64,000 nt of DNA from Lytechinus pictus (taxonomy: Eukaryota). The position numbers were made by a program, and so were the translations under genes. This document shows positions 14,249-28,299 of this stretch, piece by piece. Location: positions 36,334,001-36,398,000 of the forward strand of contig NC_087245.1 in NCBI RefSeq assembly GCF_037042905.1. The letters are read 5' to 3'. A model generated the notes under the pieces. It saw nothing but the letters and a program-made list of their open reading frames with translations. It was not told the DNA's origin and ran no database searches. Positions within the stretch are counted from its first letter, which is position 1, and each line of letters begins with the position of its first letter.

Positions 14249-14830
14249 AGGAGAATGAAACTCTTGGAGCAAGTTAGCTTTTGTGAAAGCAGAAAAATCA
14301 AAGAATAAGATCAACAAAAGTTTGAGTAAAATAGGACTAGCAATAGAAGAGTTATGAGCATTTGAATGTCGAGATCACTAATTCTATGGAAATCCTCCCA
14401 TTGGCAATGCGACCAAGATCTATGATGTCACTGATGAACAACTCTCCCCTTTTGGACACTGAAAATATACCCCAAAACATTTCTTTTTGCTCATTCTAAT
14501 CATATGACAAACGATTCATCAATGATTATGTTGTGAAACCTCTGTACTTGTCCTCTCATAAAGAGAACACCTCACCTTGTGATAGACTCTATAAAAGAGA
14601 GAATATAAGTGAAATAAGTACTAAAGTAATGAGGGAGTTGTACGTGTGTGACATCACAGATCTTGGTCGCATTGCCAATGGGAGGAACTACATGGCATTA
14701 GTGATCTCAATATTCAAATGCTCATAACTTTCTTATTATTCATTCAATCTTCCTCAAACTTTCAACAATATGTTTCTTTGATTTTTCTCTTTGATATGGA
14801 TTCAGCTGGTTTCAAGGGTTTCATTCTCCT
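14249..14830. mobile_element. Kolobok-type palindromic MITE
   Basis: TTAA|AGGAGAATGAAAC ... GTTTCATTCTCCT|TTAA with long internal inverted arms. Confidence 0.88.
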
Positions 14831-15544
14831 TTAAATCCAGAAGATTCACAAGTGGATTGTTAAAAGAGTTGGTAGCTTGCCTGCATTTGACTGGTTATTT
14901 ATTTGGTCTAAAAATATGCAAGGAGTTACAGTTTATCTCTGACCAGTGGCAGCTGGTGTAGAGTTAATGGTTATTGTATTGAGACCAAAACAATAGGCCT
15001 AAATCTCATTTTACTTTGTAATTTAAATTACCCACACTCATTAGCTTTAAAACAGTCCAATTCTGCCTCAAACTATTCATGTACAAGTAGATTTAAAAGT
15101 TACATGTACATGTACCTCATGCATGTAGGCTAATTCTTACGCCCTCAAAGATGTCATTATTTGTATACATGTTCTGCAGGTAGGCCTAATTATCATTTTG
15201 TTTAATGGACAAATTTTCTAGTTGCCAACGGTACTTTATCCATTTATAATAAAATTAAGTTCACTGGAAGTGTGTGAATGATCAGACAGGCCTACACTTA
15301 CAGTTGCAAGACCATCACATACATTTCCAACAAATTGCTATAAGATGAACTGCATGTACATGAAGACCAAATATTTTTTTTGTATTTACATGTAAAATAG
15401 CATCATGAAACAAATTCTGCACAAAAAGTACATGATACTGTACAGTAAAGGATTCAAATTTTGAGAGCCAAAAGTGTTTTAGAAGGAAATATTGTGCATA
15501 CGCAAGTGAAAACTTTATTTTTGTTTTGACCTCTAGTCAAAAAT

Positions 15545-15632
15545 CAATAATAATAATAATAAACAGTTCTTGTATAGCGCATATCACGATTATGAATAAT
15601 GTCTCTATACGCTTCCAAAGGACTTGGATATC
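15545..15632 (-). mobile_element. SINE/LINE 3' tail fragment
   Basis: (AAT)n followed by cttgtatagcgcatatcac...aaaggacttggata; a near-identical block lies at ~27850-27932. Confidence 0.6.
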
Positions 15633-16624
15633 AATACAACCTTGGGGGGGGGGGGAAACAATACTGAAAGTGAGGAAATGGGAAGGGATTACAAAAAAAG
15701 AAATAAATTAAGAGATGAAATAAAAATAATAAATTACAATGATTAGGCCTATATACCAACAAAAGGGTGAAATGAAAAGGGAGAAACAAATATTGTCCTC
15801 ATGGTGCTCTCTGCAAGTCTTTGCAACCTCAACACAAAACTCCACCCCAAAATGTCACCATGCCATAGGGTCCATGATTTGACCATGGGCTCCACAGTTT
15901 AGCATACGCTGTATTTCAGAGGGTAAAAATGATGGGAGATATTACAAAGGTATATTTTTATATTGTTTTCATGAGCAAACAATACCCCAAAAAAATCATG
16001 GCATTTGATGAATTACTAAGTGAATTAGAGTCTGCTTGTATACAGACTTCCTAGAACAGCCTACCAGCCGGAACTACTTTTTTGGGCCACTTGCTTGCAA
16101 GCATGAATGAACACAAGGCAACACACCATGTGCTTCCTGGGTTTAGTCTTTGACTCCAGGTCCTTTATGAGGAAATGCTCTTCATACTCATACACAAAGG
16201 TGAACATCAACTCGCAATGCAGCCTGGGGAACAAGTCTTGAATACAAGAGGAAACAGCTGTACATGAATTAGTCATTCAGGATAACACTCCACTGATAGA
16301 ATGTGTGATCATCATTCATGATTTGGGTTACAATGTAAAATATACAATAGGTTTTTGTATTCGATATTAAATGGCTGACAACCCCAATCAATAAAAATCA
16401 ATATTTAAATAATTATATTTTCCAAGGTCTATCTACAGTAATTACAAATACCTTTGAGCACAAACATGGAGACTGGAAAAGCAGAATGTCCTCTAAAAAG
16501 AAAATGTGCACTTAAATAAAAATAATCTTTTAGGAGTTGTAACATATGATTTTCTTTTTTAAACACATGCACAATGTTGACAGAATTTTTCAAAAATTTT
16601 AAGAAATAGGAAAGGAGTAGTGTT

Positions 16625-16682
16625 GATAAAATGCCTTGCTCAAGGGCATATGAGCCATGACAGGGGATTGAAACCAAGACCC
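16625..16682 (-). mobile_element. tRNA-derived SINE fragment
   Basis: tgccttgctcaagggca core-like motif next to a reversed degenerate B-box (gggattgaaacc). Confidence 0.45.
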
Positions 16683-18121
16683 CAAGACAGACACTGTACT
16701 CTCCATGTAGAATACATGTAGTAGTAGTCAGTTAGGCTGACTTGTTTGGGCGATTGTTGCTGTTGTTATAATTCTTATTACTGATTTCACTCCAGAGTGC
16801 AGGCCTATGTTGTTGATCGTTTGCTTTCAATTGATATTTTCATAAAATCAAACTCAAGTATTTAGAAGAAGTTTAGGCCTATTCAAAAATCAAGATGAAG
16901 AATATTTTCTCAATGGAGAGCTGTGAGTTACAAGATAGAGCATACATGTACACACGTTCCACTTGACAACTACAAATGAATGAATAACAATTAACATTCC
17001 TTGGGAATCCAATTTGCATGTACATTAATTGTTGCTCATTCCTGAAAAGCTATCAGATTATCGGTATCAACTTGATAAAGGCAAACTTTTTTTGTAAAAA
17101 ACAAGTGCAAGTCAAAGCTTCTTTTAGATAAATGTACAAAAATACAGATACTCAACATTCATTACTTCTTGCAATGTCAGACATGCCATCTTATAAAGTG
17201 GCCTAATGCTAAGTACTGTGACATATATTATTATATGCATGATTTGGGCCCCCGATTAGTTTACGCCTAATTTGCGAATCAAATGGTGCCATGTCATTCC
17301 ATATCAATTATCAACTCTACTCTATGCATTGCAGTTAGACCTCTGAAGTATGCCATGCATCTTTTATGGACAAATGAAAAAAATATCAGCCTACTGGCCT
17401 GGGTATCAGGTACTGTGATGAAAGAATGAGCTTAGATCCCTTCAGTCCTGAACAATACATTACAGTCACCCATTGTACACATGCAATCATTGCGCAATGC
17501 CAAGTTTCTACACTCAATAGTATGTGTACTGGTACATGGAGGGCCTACATGTACGTGTAGACCTACTTCCAGTAAATTCTATGCATGCAGTAATGTACAT
17601 GCAGCTCGGAAATACATGTGTAATTCTGTACATGTCCATTTGTATGTACCAGGGTTTTTCTCTACAATGGAATACTGTGAACTAGTACAAATCTGCAATC
17701 CAAAAATCTCCTGACTAATGTCGAATAAGCTGGTTAAACTACTCACCATACAACTGTTAGTCTGATTTATTCCTATACTTCTACCCATTCGCCACGGGAC
17801 CTTCCTCTAAACAGATCTGAGAGTGTGTGTGTGTGTGAAGTGTACTACTTGTGCATGCAGGAATCTTCTGCTATGCATTCATCACATACATGTCCAGGGT
17901 GTAACTTTGGTTGATAATGCTAATGATATACCACAAACCAGTCTTGAACCCAGACACTCACATCCACTCTCATGTGATGTTATAAGAAGAATATAACATT
18001 CAAACTGAAGTACATGTATTAGAGACCAAGTTTTTTTAATCCATCAATTCTTTGAGACATGTGAACTTTTACATAATTTGAAAATATATACCGGTAGCAC
18101 CCCGTCTCGGCAATGCTTTAA

Positions 18122-18726
18122 AGGGATGGTCCGGGCTGAAAATATCTATATCTAAATGAATAGAGTAAAATTCACAGAGCAAAATGCTGAAAATTTCATC
18201 AAACTCGGATAACAAATAGCGAAGTTATTGAACTTTAAATTTTATCAATATTTTGAATGTGGCTGTGAAAATAGTTATATACACATCGTCATGAATATTC
18301 ATTAGGTGGGCTGATGATGTCACATCCCCACTTTCCTTTTTCTTATTTAATGACATGAAATCATAAATGTTTCATTTTTTCATACATGTGAAAATGATAT
18401 ACAGTATCGCCATTATGATGAAATAAGTTGCGGCAATAAATAACTAATGAACTTAATCAGTTGTCAATTCAATTATTTTAGTTCTTGGTAGAAATTTTTG
18501 AATAAACCTAATTTTATATAATAAAATACAAAAGAACAAGTGGAGATATGACATCAGCCCTCCTAATGAATATTCATAAAGACACGTTTGAGCAGAATAA
18601 TGCAAATCTTTAAAATTCAATAACTTTGTTATTTGTTATCCGATTTTTATCAAATTTTCAGCATTTTGCTCAGTGAGTTTTACTCTATTTATTGAGATAT
18701 AAATATTTCCAGCCTGGACCATTCCT
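18122..18726. mobile_element. Kolobok-type palindromic MITE, same family as 30630-31216
   Basis: TTAA|AGGGATGGTCCGGGCTGAAA ... TTTCCAGCCTGGACCATTCCT|TTAA. Confidence 0.9.
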
Positions 18727-19708
18727 TTAAGCCTTTCAGCATATTTAGTTAGGCTGATTGCATAATGCATATCAATTAGCTAAAAGAAAAGATTATATTC
18801 TGAAATTTTCATCTCATTCCATGCTAGAGAAATACCTTTATACCAATTTGAAGATGAAATGCTTTCCTTTTTTTAGATGAGATTCCTTTTCATCACCTTT
18901 CCTTCTTCCATACACAGTGTATATTCTTGAGAAAATACAAGTTCAAAACATGTATAAACTGTTTATAAACACTACCCTACATTAACTTGGGAATATTCAT
19001 ACATGTTTATGTCACATAATGTATTATAAATATTATGTGTCACAGGGAACAATTTTGATTAAATATCAAATTTGATTAGCATTTTTGGTCATAAGAGAAA
19101 AGCTCTCAACTACATGTAAGCTCTGTACAGTCCTACATGTAAGTAAAATGTGCAACACATTTTGTGTACATGTAATGTACATATGTAGCATTCTTTTCAA
19201 GATGTGGAGCAAATTGCGATGTAATACCTAGCAAATTATTACCTGCTTTTTCATATAATTGGTATAACAATTAGATCAAAAGATGAAGTGCAAGGTTGTG
19301 TCCAGTGTATGCATAAAAGGTCTCAATGAGGAGACTATTTCCAGGATTAGTAAGCAGGAAATATTGAATAATTTGGTATGCACCAGTGCACTCAATTTAG
19401 ATTACATGTATTATGTAACATTCTGCAATAGACACCATAGCTGCTCATGCATGAATGATAACTAGAATAGAAACTGAAAAACTATGACAGAATTTCAAAG
19501 CAGGATCCTCTATACATTTTTTTTTTCGTTTTAAACTATAAACTATAGCAATGTTGAGAATTCATTCTGAAAAAAAATCTTTACTTTCAAGGCCCCATTG
19601 GCAGAAAGATATGTATACCATAGTACATTAGGATTTGTTTGTACATGTATCTCATCCTAAGATTTGAAAGGGAAAACATTTCAACAATTCTCAAGTACAG
19701 TCTAACCA

Positions 19709-20170
19709 ACCGCCCTTTCACACTGTAATTTTTTTTTTGTAATTTGAATGATTCCAGTGAAAAATAAGGCTAATGACGAATTTTTAGCAAGTGTGAAACC
19801 AAACTGGAATCACGAACGCTAATCACAATCACAAATTCAAATTTTACTCCGGAGGTGAATTCCAGTTAAGTTTCACTCACATTAAGGTACGAATTTTACG
19901 TGTGAAAGGCTGAACCTCCAAAACATCTTTTTGGGGGTGGAGCTTACGTGTCCTTTAAAGCACTTCCGTAGATAATACCATTGTCATGCACTCATCGTAT
20001 CGATGCAGTGCTTTGATTGACAAGTCACCAAGGACACAAATACCGCCTTTGCTAGGGAATTCGAATTCAAATAAGTTTTCGAATGAGCGTGTGAAAGGTC
20101 TGATGATTCTTAAGATGAATTGCTATCATCAATACAATGATGATTCAAGATTCACATGTGAAAAGGCCCC
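19709..20170. mobile_element. Harbinger-like MITE
   Basis: Imperfect TIRs gccctttcacac / atgtgaaaaggcc with repeated internal gtgtgaaa motifs. Confidence 0.55.
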
Positions 20171-21602
20171 ATGTCTCAAACAAATTTTGTAAAATACAAA
20201 GGCCTACACGCATTCAGGTATTTAAGCATATGACTTCCAGTGATTTTTTTTGGTAAGTACTGTATAAAGGACACTAGTATAAAGTGAAAAACCTCGGTGA
20301 ATAACAATGAGCTTGGATTCCCTGCACAAAGCATGGACCTACTACTACTCAACATCAATCAGCATTGTAGAAAAAAGGGTACTGCTGCAATGTATGTATT
20401 ATTTGCCTTTATTTAAATGGTGTTACCATGACAATGTGGTTTCTGAAACATTCAAAAGATCTATCTAGTATATATTTAGCTTCTCAAGGCTAATGTCTGT
20501 GACACATTTAATGAGTTTTATTTTATTTTGTTTGAACAAAACAGTTAGGTTACAATAACTTACATACATCATTACAGATGTCAACAAAAATCAAACCCAT
20601 TTTGTAAATGTCAAGGTTGCTTATGATTTATCAAAAATGAAAAACATGTATGCAAAGAAAGGGGAATTTCATCTCACATTTTACTAAAAAATATTTGTTA
20701 AATTTTACCTTTATTGTTCAAGTTCTAGTTGACTTTGCATAAAGTAGAATAAAACAAAATATTAAATCTAAAACAGTACGGCCTGCAAGACTCTGCTGGA
20801 TTTTTTTTTCTCTCTTTTCTATTTCTTTTTTTTTCTCTCCTCCTTTTTTTAAAGTAAAATTATGAAACATCTCTCAATAAGATTACATTGTCTGTATCCA
20901 TGTAACCATAATAAAGTCTTTATTATAGGTAATAACAGTCAAATTAATTTGACTTTTTAACAAGGTTCACTAGTTCAGTGAGTTATGAGTCATTTCTGTC
21001 TGTTCTACGATGTATGACAGATCATAACTTACAATGTATGTAATTGCACAAATATCTGAAACAATCTTTACAAAGGGTTAATTTTTTAAAATCACTTTTG
21101 ATGCATGTGCTGCATTTTCAAATCTTGTATAAGTTTGCCTGTTGTTTGAATATGAAACTATTAAATTTGTTGGATAAAATGCTTGATAAAATAGGGATGA
21201 GATTGCTCCAATGAGCATCTATTATAGCCCAAGAGTTTCCTGTACCCTTAAACACTACCCGACCCAAACTTTTTTGCATGTTCTCCGGGGGGGGGGGGGG
21301 TGTAGTGTGAACTATCAGTAACACACTGACTCCCCAACTACAGACCTGAATAATTAAAAAGAAACTTTCCTGGGCTAATTTTTGAATAATCAGCCAAAGG
21401 TTTGCTACAAATATATTAATACATTTAAATGTAGTATCAGTTTACTTTGAAACCTATGGTGGATTGGGGGTATCTTCTTAGACTTCAAGGGCTCTTGGCA
21501 GTATTTTGGGGGCGAATTAGACCCTTGAAATCTCCTATACATGTATATCCCCCATAAAAATGCTTGAAAGATGACATATCACAGCTACTATTACATTCTT
21601 AA

Positions 21603-22205
21603 AGGACAAGTCCACCCCAACAAAAAGTTGATTTGAAAAAAGGAGAAAAATCCAACAAGCAAAACACTGAAAATTTCATCAAAATCGGATGTAAAATAAG
21701 AAAGTTATGACATTTCAAAGTTTCGCTTAATTTCACAAAACAGTTATATGCATATCCTGGTCGGTATGCAAATTGGCAGACTGATGACGTCACCCACTCA
21801 CTATTTCTTTTGTATTTTATTATATTAAATATGAAATATTCTTATTTTCTTCTCCTTGTCAAGTGAAACAAAGTTTTATTTCTCCCTGAACATGTAGAAT
21901 TACCATTATTTCAACAGTTTATGGTTAAGTTAAGTGGGTCCTTATTGTCAAATCTGTAAAAATTGAAATATTGTATAATTCAAACAATAAAAAACAAAAG
22001 AAATAGTGAGTGATGGACATCATCGACTCTCTCATTTGCATATTGCTGAGTTGTGCATTTAACTGTTTTGTGAAATATAAGCGAAACTTTAAAATGTCAT
22101 AACTTTCTTATTTTACATCCGATTTCGATGAAATTTGCAGCGTTATGTTTGTTTGATTTTTCTTTATCGATTCAAATCAACAATTTTCTGGGCTGGACTT
22201 GACCT
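21603..22205. mobile_element. Kolobok-type palindromic MITE
   Basis: TTAA|AGGACAAGTCCACCCC ... GGGCTGGACTTGACCT|TTAA. Confidence 0.88.
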
Positions 22206-23140
22206 TTAAATATAAGAAATCACTTCAAAAAATAAATTTATTTATTCAATCTTCACATTTTCTCTTTGGTTTCTGTTATTCATACAAACAACAAATTGCA
22301 AGAAAGGCTTTATACACTGTATATCTAAACTTTAACGGTTCAAATATGAATACGATACTAATACTACTGTCAATTTAGGAAACAATTTTGATATGATGGT
22401 AGCCACTATGATGAAAGATTCCTCATGAGTAAAAAAAAAATTCATAAACACAGGTATGCTGTATTTGTCAACTACATGTACAAACATGTACATGTAGCTT
22501 GAAACTGTCCAATCATACAAGACAACACTATAAATGGCATACATGTACATTTATATACAAGTATATCACTTTCAGCTCTCTTGATATAATCATGGAGCTA
22601 TACATGTACATGTAGCTCCATGATATAATATATGAGAGTGTACATATTCTGGAACCATGTAATGGATAAATGTAGACCATTAAATGATTAATTGTACATG
22701 GTGAAAGATATGCTTCATTCCCATTCTTCTGCACTGCTAACCATGCGTGTCTAACGTCCTAGTGCATAGCAAGTGATTTTATCAGGGGATACAAGCAAAT
22801 TACACAATCATGGCTAAATATAGCTCTACTTGAGTCTTTCCCTCAAGGTCCTCCATAGGCCAACTGTTATAGCGATTACACTCTTCATGCTAACATTTCA
22901 GTGATTTCACTGCTGCAAGTACATAGTAATGCACTTGAAAAGGAGTAGAACAGAATGATGTAGAAGTGACATTTACAACTACATATAGATCTCCAATCCA
23001 CAATGAAATGTACCCATATTCATGCAAATCACAAACTTGCTCATAGCATTGTTTACATGTAGGGCTCGGCATTGTTGGAAATTATATTTTATTCTATATT
23101 TGTATTTTGTAAATTTCTACAGATTATTTTGAGAGATTAA

Positions 23141-23937
23141 AGGTAAAAGACAGTAGTTGCAGCAAACAATAATCTCACGAGAAAGTCTTTTAAATCAAGG
23201 TTAATTGTCAAAATATTATCAAACATCTAGATCTGGTATGCAAACTTATCCTACTTTGTAAACTCATGAAATCTTAGCTCAAAATAGATAATTCTGATCA
23301 TCACAGAAAAGCATATGTGGGACAGTGTAATAACATTGGTTAAAAAAATACCTGACATTTGGCACATATTTTTTATCATACACACAAACACGTAAGTGGT
23401 AACTTCAAGGGATTCTGTTCGAACTCTTATAAGGTGGTTTCAGACTGCCTCGAAGTTCGTCAGTTCCAGGTATTCTCTGATCGGGAAATTTACCCCGATC
23501 AGAAAATACCAGGTATTTTGGTAATGTGAAAGCAAACTACGCGTAATTTCCCCGAAAGAAAATACCCGCTAAATAGTAGGTACTTGACGAAATTACGAGA
23601 ACTTTCGCGGGGATTTTTCCAAGGTCGCAGGTATTTTGGCGATGTGAAAGCAAATTACGGGAACTTTTAGCCCAGCGTGTCGTTGGGTGCGGCGCCGTGG
23701 GTGGCTGCTGGGCTAGTAGTTTTGAATCTCGCGCCTTGCCTGCTAATTAGACCATACTGCGCATGCTCCTAACTTCAGGAATTTATCCCGAAGTGTATGT
23801 TTCGGGGCGGTCTGAATGCAGGAATAATTAATGGGTATTTTTTAGCCTAAAAATGTTCTCTGATTTAACGGGGATTCTTGTGATCGAGGCGGTTTGAAAC
23901 CACCTTTTGAGATCGTTACCACAACTAGTATTTATCT
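23141..23937. mobile_element. Old Kolobok-type MITE interrupted by a Harbinger-like MITE
   Basis: Left end TTAA|AGGTAAAAGACAGTAGTTG; degenerate right end caactagtatttatct|tcaa. Confidence 0.5.
23432..23905. mobile_element. Harbinger-like MITE, short variant of 6313-7171
   Basis: Same TIRs and nearly identical left (~230 bp) and right (~160 bp) arms. Confidence 0.82.
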
Positions 23938-24394
23938 TCAAGTCAAATTGAAACATATATCAGGACAAATCAATTCTTCACTCATAACAATGACACACAG
24001 GAGAGAAAAGGTAGGCCTACATTCATTTTCTATTATTTCTTATGAATTTTTTGCAGCGAGCGCCTGACTGTAGGCCTGATGTAATCGACAAGATGTCAAT
24101 GGATAATAACCTACTGAACATCCATCTCCACAATAGTCTGTGTATTTGTGGGGTCAAACGGTGGGGGTGGAGGGCTATAGCACACATCCCATGGATGGAT
24201 GTGGGCAAGGGATACCTGTATGATCTCTTGATCTCTTGCGTGCCTTGGCTCGCAACGTGGTGGTACATGTAGGACAAATTTTTTTTCTTATCTATTTTTA
24301 TATTGCTAATTATACTTTTATTGTTTATGATTGAGATTTTGGTGATTTGTTGTATATTGTATTGAATTCAGTGAAAAATCAATAGATTTTTCAC

Positions 24395-25745
24395 TAAAAT
24401 TGACCTTTGACCCCATCACCCTCAACCACACACGCGTGGTATTACCCGATGATCATTTGAACCAAGCGTGATCAAAATTGATGCAGAAATAAAAAACAAG
24501 AGTACTGCCTCTGGCAGTCTTGCCAGCATTACGCAATTCAATTTTGCAGCAGTGCTGACTTTGAAAACAGTTTCGATGAGTAATTATTCACAAACACTAT
24601 TCATATGATTATAGAATACTAAGTTCACTGACCCTAAATGACATTTGACCTTGATCGTGTGACCAAAGACTTGTGCAAAACAATCCGTAATACTTGATTA
24701 CCCTCATTTCCACATTTCAGGAACTAGATCCATAAACATTCAAAGTAACATGTATGATGGTAATTAATTCAACAACCTGAAACTCACACAGGAGTCATGA
24801 TATTTAAAACATTTAACCTTGGTTAAGATTTTGTGTTGATTCCCCAACATAATCTTAGTTCATTGACCCTAAATGACCTTTGACCATGGTCATGTGACCT
24901 GAAACTCACAAAGAATATTCAGTGATACTTTATTACTCTTATGTCCAGGTTTCATGAACCAGATCCATAAACTTTCAAAGTTATGATGGAAATCAACAAA
25001 TACCCCCAACATGGCCGAAGTTCATTGACCCTATGCTATGCAGGCGAGACAAAAACTTATGAAGTAGTTCGAACTGCAAGATTTTTTGCCTAATTTTGCC
25101 ATAATATGTTGTGACCATGGCAACACAATTTCTGATACAAGCAAAAATGGACTTTACCTCAAAACCGATGTGTGAGCCAAATTTCATGAGAATTAGATGA
25201 AATCTGCATAGTAGTTTGAACTGCAAGATTTTTATCAAATTTTGCCATGATATACCGTTACCATGGCAACATGATTTCTATATATCCGAAAAAAGTATCC
25301 TGCACATCTTCTTCACCCCAAGACCAATGTGAGTTCCAAATTTCATGAAAATCGGTTTAAAACTGATCAATGAAGTAATTTGAACTGCAAGATATTACCT
25401 AATTTTTGCCATACATGTATGTTGTTACCATGGCAACACAATTTTCTACACACAAAAAATATTTTTGCCCAATTTCATGAGATTTGGTCAAAAACTGAGG
25501 AAGTAGAAGAACCGCAAGATTTTTAGCTAATTTTTGCCATAAACATACAATTTCCATGACAGCACAATTTCTGATGCAAAAATGAGTCTTAAACACATCT
25601 AAAGTGAGTTCTAAATTTCATGAGAATTGGATAAAAACTGAGGAATTTCTTTGACCCACAAGATTTAAAACATGGTCTGACTTACAGGTTAACCGTATGC
25701 TGATTCTTGACCCCCTTCAAACTTGTTTGGAGGGGGTATGAAAAT
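24395..25745. mobile_element. Helentron/HINE-like element with internal tandem repeats, interrupted by a second HINE
   Basis: Repeats of gaagtagttcgaactgcaagatttt...ccatggcaac; terminal hairpin cccccttcaaac-ttg-tttggagggggtatgaaaa. Confidence 0.5.
24495..25053. mobile_element. Helentron-associated (HINE/DINE-like) element, copy A
   Basis: Starts aacaag with a small hairpin (ctgcc-tct-ggcag); subterminal inverted repeat gtct(t)gcc(a)gc / gcaggcgagac; A-run flanks; tgacctttgacc tandem units. Confidence 0.65.
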
Positions 25746-26092
25746 TATCCCCACTTTCCTTTTTCTTATGTTATTACATGAAATCATAATTGTTTCAGCT
25801 GCAACAATGAATATCTAATGCACTAAATCAGTTGTCAATCCTTTTTTTTCTTGAAGAATAAAATTCGAATAAACCTTATTTCATATAAAAAAATACAAAA
25901 GAACATGTGGGGATATAATCAGTTTTCTCATCGAATATTCATGAAGACATGCCTTGAATTGTTTCACCAGAATAATGCAAATCTTTAAAATGTTATTCCT
26001 TGTCCGATTTTTATAAAATTTCAGTGCTTTGTTTGTCTGATTTTTCTTTATCTGTTCAAATCACATCATTTTCAGCTTGCAGTACCCCTTTG
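25745..26092. mobile_element. Right half of a Kolobok-type MITE
   Basis: Colinear with ~18325-18726; ends gcagtacccct|ttga. Confidence 0.6.
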
Positions 26093-26334
26093 ATTCAGGA
26101 ACAGGCAAACAATTAATTTGGGGGGGGGGCTGCTTTTCATGACATACATGTAAGTCCTGCCTAAATTTGCAACATTGGACAAGCTTTAACATTGCAATGA
26201 AAGGCGATCTCCATGGCTACTTTGAGCATTTCAGATTCGCCCCAAGCCTTCATGAAATTTATTCCCCTGTACAGCAATACACTGTATTCTTGAATATTCT
26301 TTGTGGCTGATCTTGGGGCGACTCTTTAAAAAAA

Positions 26335-27412
26335 AACAAGTGGAACGCCTCTAGCAATCTCGCCTACATTACGCAATTCTACATAGCAGCAGTGCTGCCT
26401 TTGAAAACAGCTAATGAATAATTATTCACAGAAGAAAACACTAATATGATAATAATATGTCCATTGACCCAAAATGACCTTTGACCATCATCATGTGACC
26501 TAAGACATGTGCAAACCAATCATTCATACTTGATTACCCTTATGTCAATGTTTCAAGAGCTAGATCCATAAACTTTCCAAGTTATGATGCCAATTCAACA
26601 CATACTCCAAACACGGCCAGAGTTCACTGACCTTTAAATGACCTTTGATCTTGGCAATGTTTCTGGGATACATACATGTACTTGCTGCTCTTATGTCTAA
26701 GTTTCATGAACTAGATCCATAAACTTTTAAAGTAATGATGACGATTTCTCACATACCCCCAACATGGCCAAAGTTCATTGACCCTAAGTGACCTTTGACC
26801 TTGGTCATGTGACCTGAAACTCAGGCAGGATGTTCAGTAACACTTGATTACCCTAATTTCCAAGTTTCATGAACGAGTTTCATATAATTTATAAGTTACG
26901 ATCTCAATACAACGAATACATGTACTCCCAACATGGCCAAATTCATTGACCCTTAAAAATGATTTTACCTTGGTCATGTGACCTACAATGTACATGTACA
27001 ACTCAAAGCAGGATGTTCAGTGACAAACCAATACCCTTTATGTCCAAGATTCATGTTCAAGATCCAAATTCTATCAAAGTTGTGACAACACTTAAAAAAC
27101 TTAACCTTGGTTAAGAGGTTAAGATTTTGATGTTGATTCCCCCAACATGGTCTAAGTTCATTGACCTGTCCCTAAATTACCTTTGACCTTGGTCATGTGA
27201 CCTGTCTGAAACTCAGGTAGGATGTTCTGTAATACTTGATTACCCTAAGATCTGTTTCGTGATCTAGGTCCATACACTTTCTAAGTTATGATGACATTTA
27301 AAAAACTTTAATAACCTAAGCTAAGATTTCAATGTTGACAACGCCAGTATGGTCTTCCATTGCAAAAGCAGAGCCTTAATTGGTCTTGCTCTATTAAGCA
27401 GGCGAGACAAAA
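26335..27412. mobile_element. HINE-like element, copy B, with about five internal ~170-bp units
   Basis: Same termini as copy A (aacaag...tctcgcctacattacgc / gcaggcgagacaaaaa); repeated aagttcattgaccctaaatgacctttgaccttggtcatgtgacc. Confidence 0.7.
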
Positions 27413-28299
27413 AATCAATTAATAAAATACTACAATAGTACAATAATACACCGAATAGGTGCTCTGTTCTAAAAGTAAACCCAAAAGAAGGAAAAGAAAA
27501 AGAAATATTCAAATTACCAGAGCCATGTTACTAAGGACCTTATCTGAGGTGAAATATGAAACAGAATATCACTGTTGCCACTAGCAAATTCATTAAGGTC
27601 AAATGGGAAAGGAGAAAACTGACAAAGAGACAGACAATCATCATTATTAAAATCATAATTTATGTTAATATAAATAACAGTTTATAAAAGATTATGAAGT
27701 ATAAGATTTCATTAAGAATTTAGAAAAAAAAATCATTATGTACACGTAGATCTACATTTACATGTATTTCATCTCAAGAATGAGCTTTCAAATACTATAA
27801 TAATGATAATAATAATATTATTATTACTATTATATTAAAATAATAATATTAAGAATCATAAACGTCCTTGATATAGCGCATATCACATTATGATTATTAT
27901 GTCCCTATGCACTTCTAAAGGACTTGGATATTTTTATAATGTAAGGCAAGGCCTATAAAAAATATAACTTGAAAAATAATAGAGGTAAAGGAACAGTCAA
28001 CAGTTACTACAAAGAATTATTTCATATCATATTCAATAACTGATTTAACTTTACTTAAAAACAGTCTATATTGATTGTGTCGAGACAATTCTAACACTAT
28101 TGCGAAATAGGCACACCTACTACAGAGCAGCATTGACCATATGGTTGCATACACACCCAAACATATGTTCAATAAATAATGTCATAGATGGAAATAAATC
28201 CAAAAAATAATACTAAATAAGAGCCCATTAATGACTTTAGACAGATCCATCATAAAGGTGGCATAGTATAACCTCTACAATGTATTGCAAAAGCATAAA

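Noticed and set aside
16061..16276. Possible minus-strand exon (MFTFVYEYEEHFLIKDLESK...)
   Set aside because: No recognisable homology, a weak donor, and phases incompatible with the 28411 exon; insufficient support.
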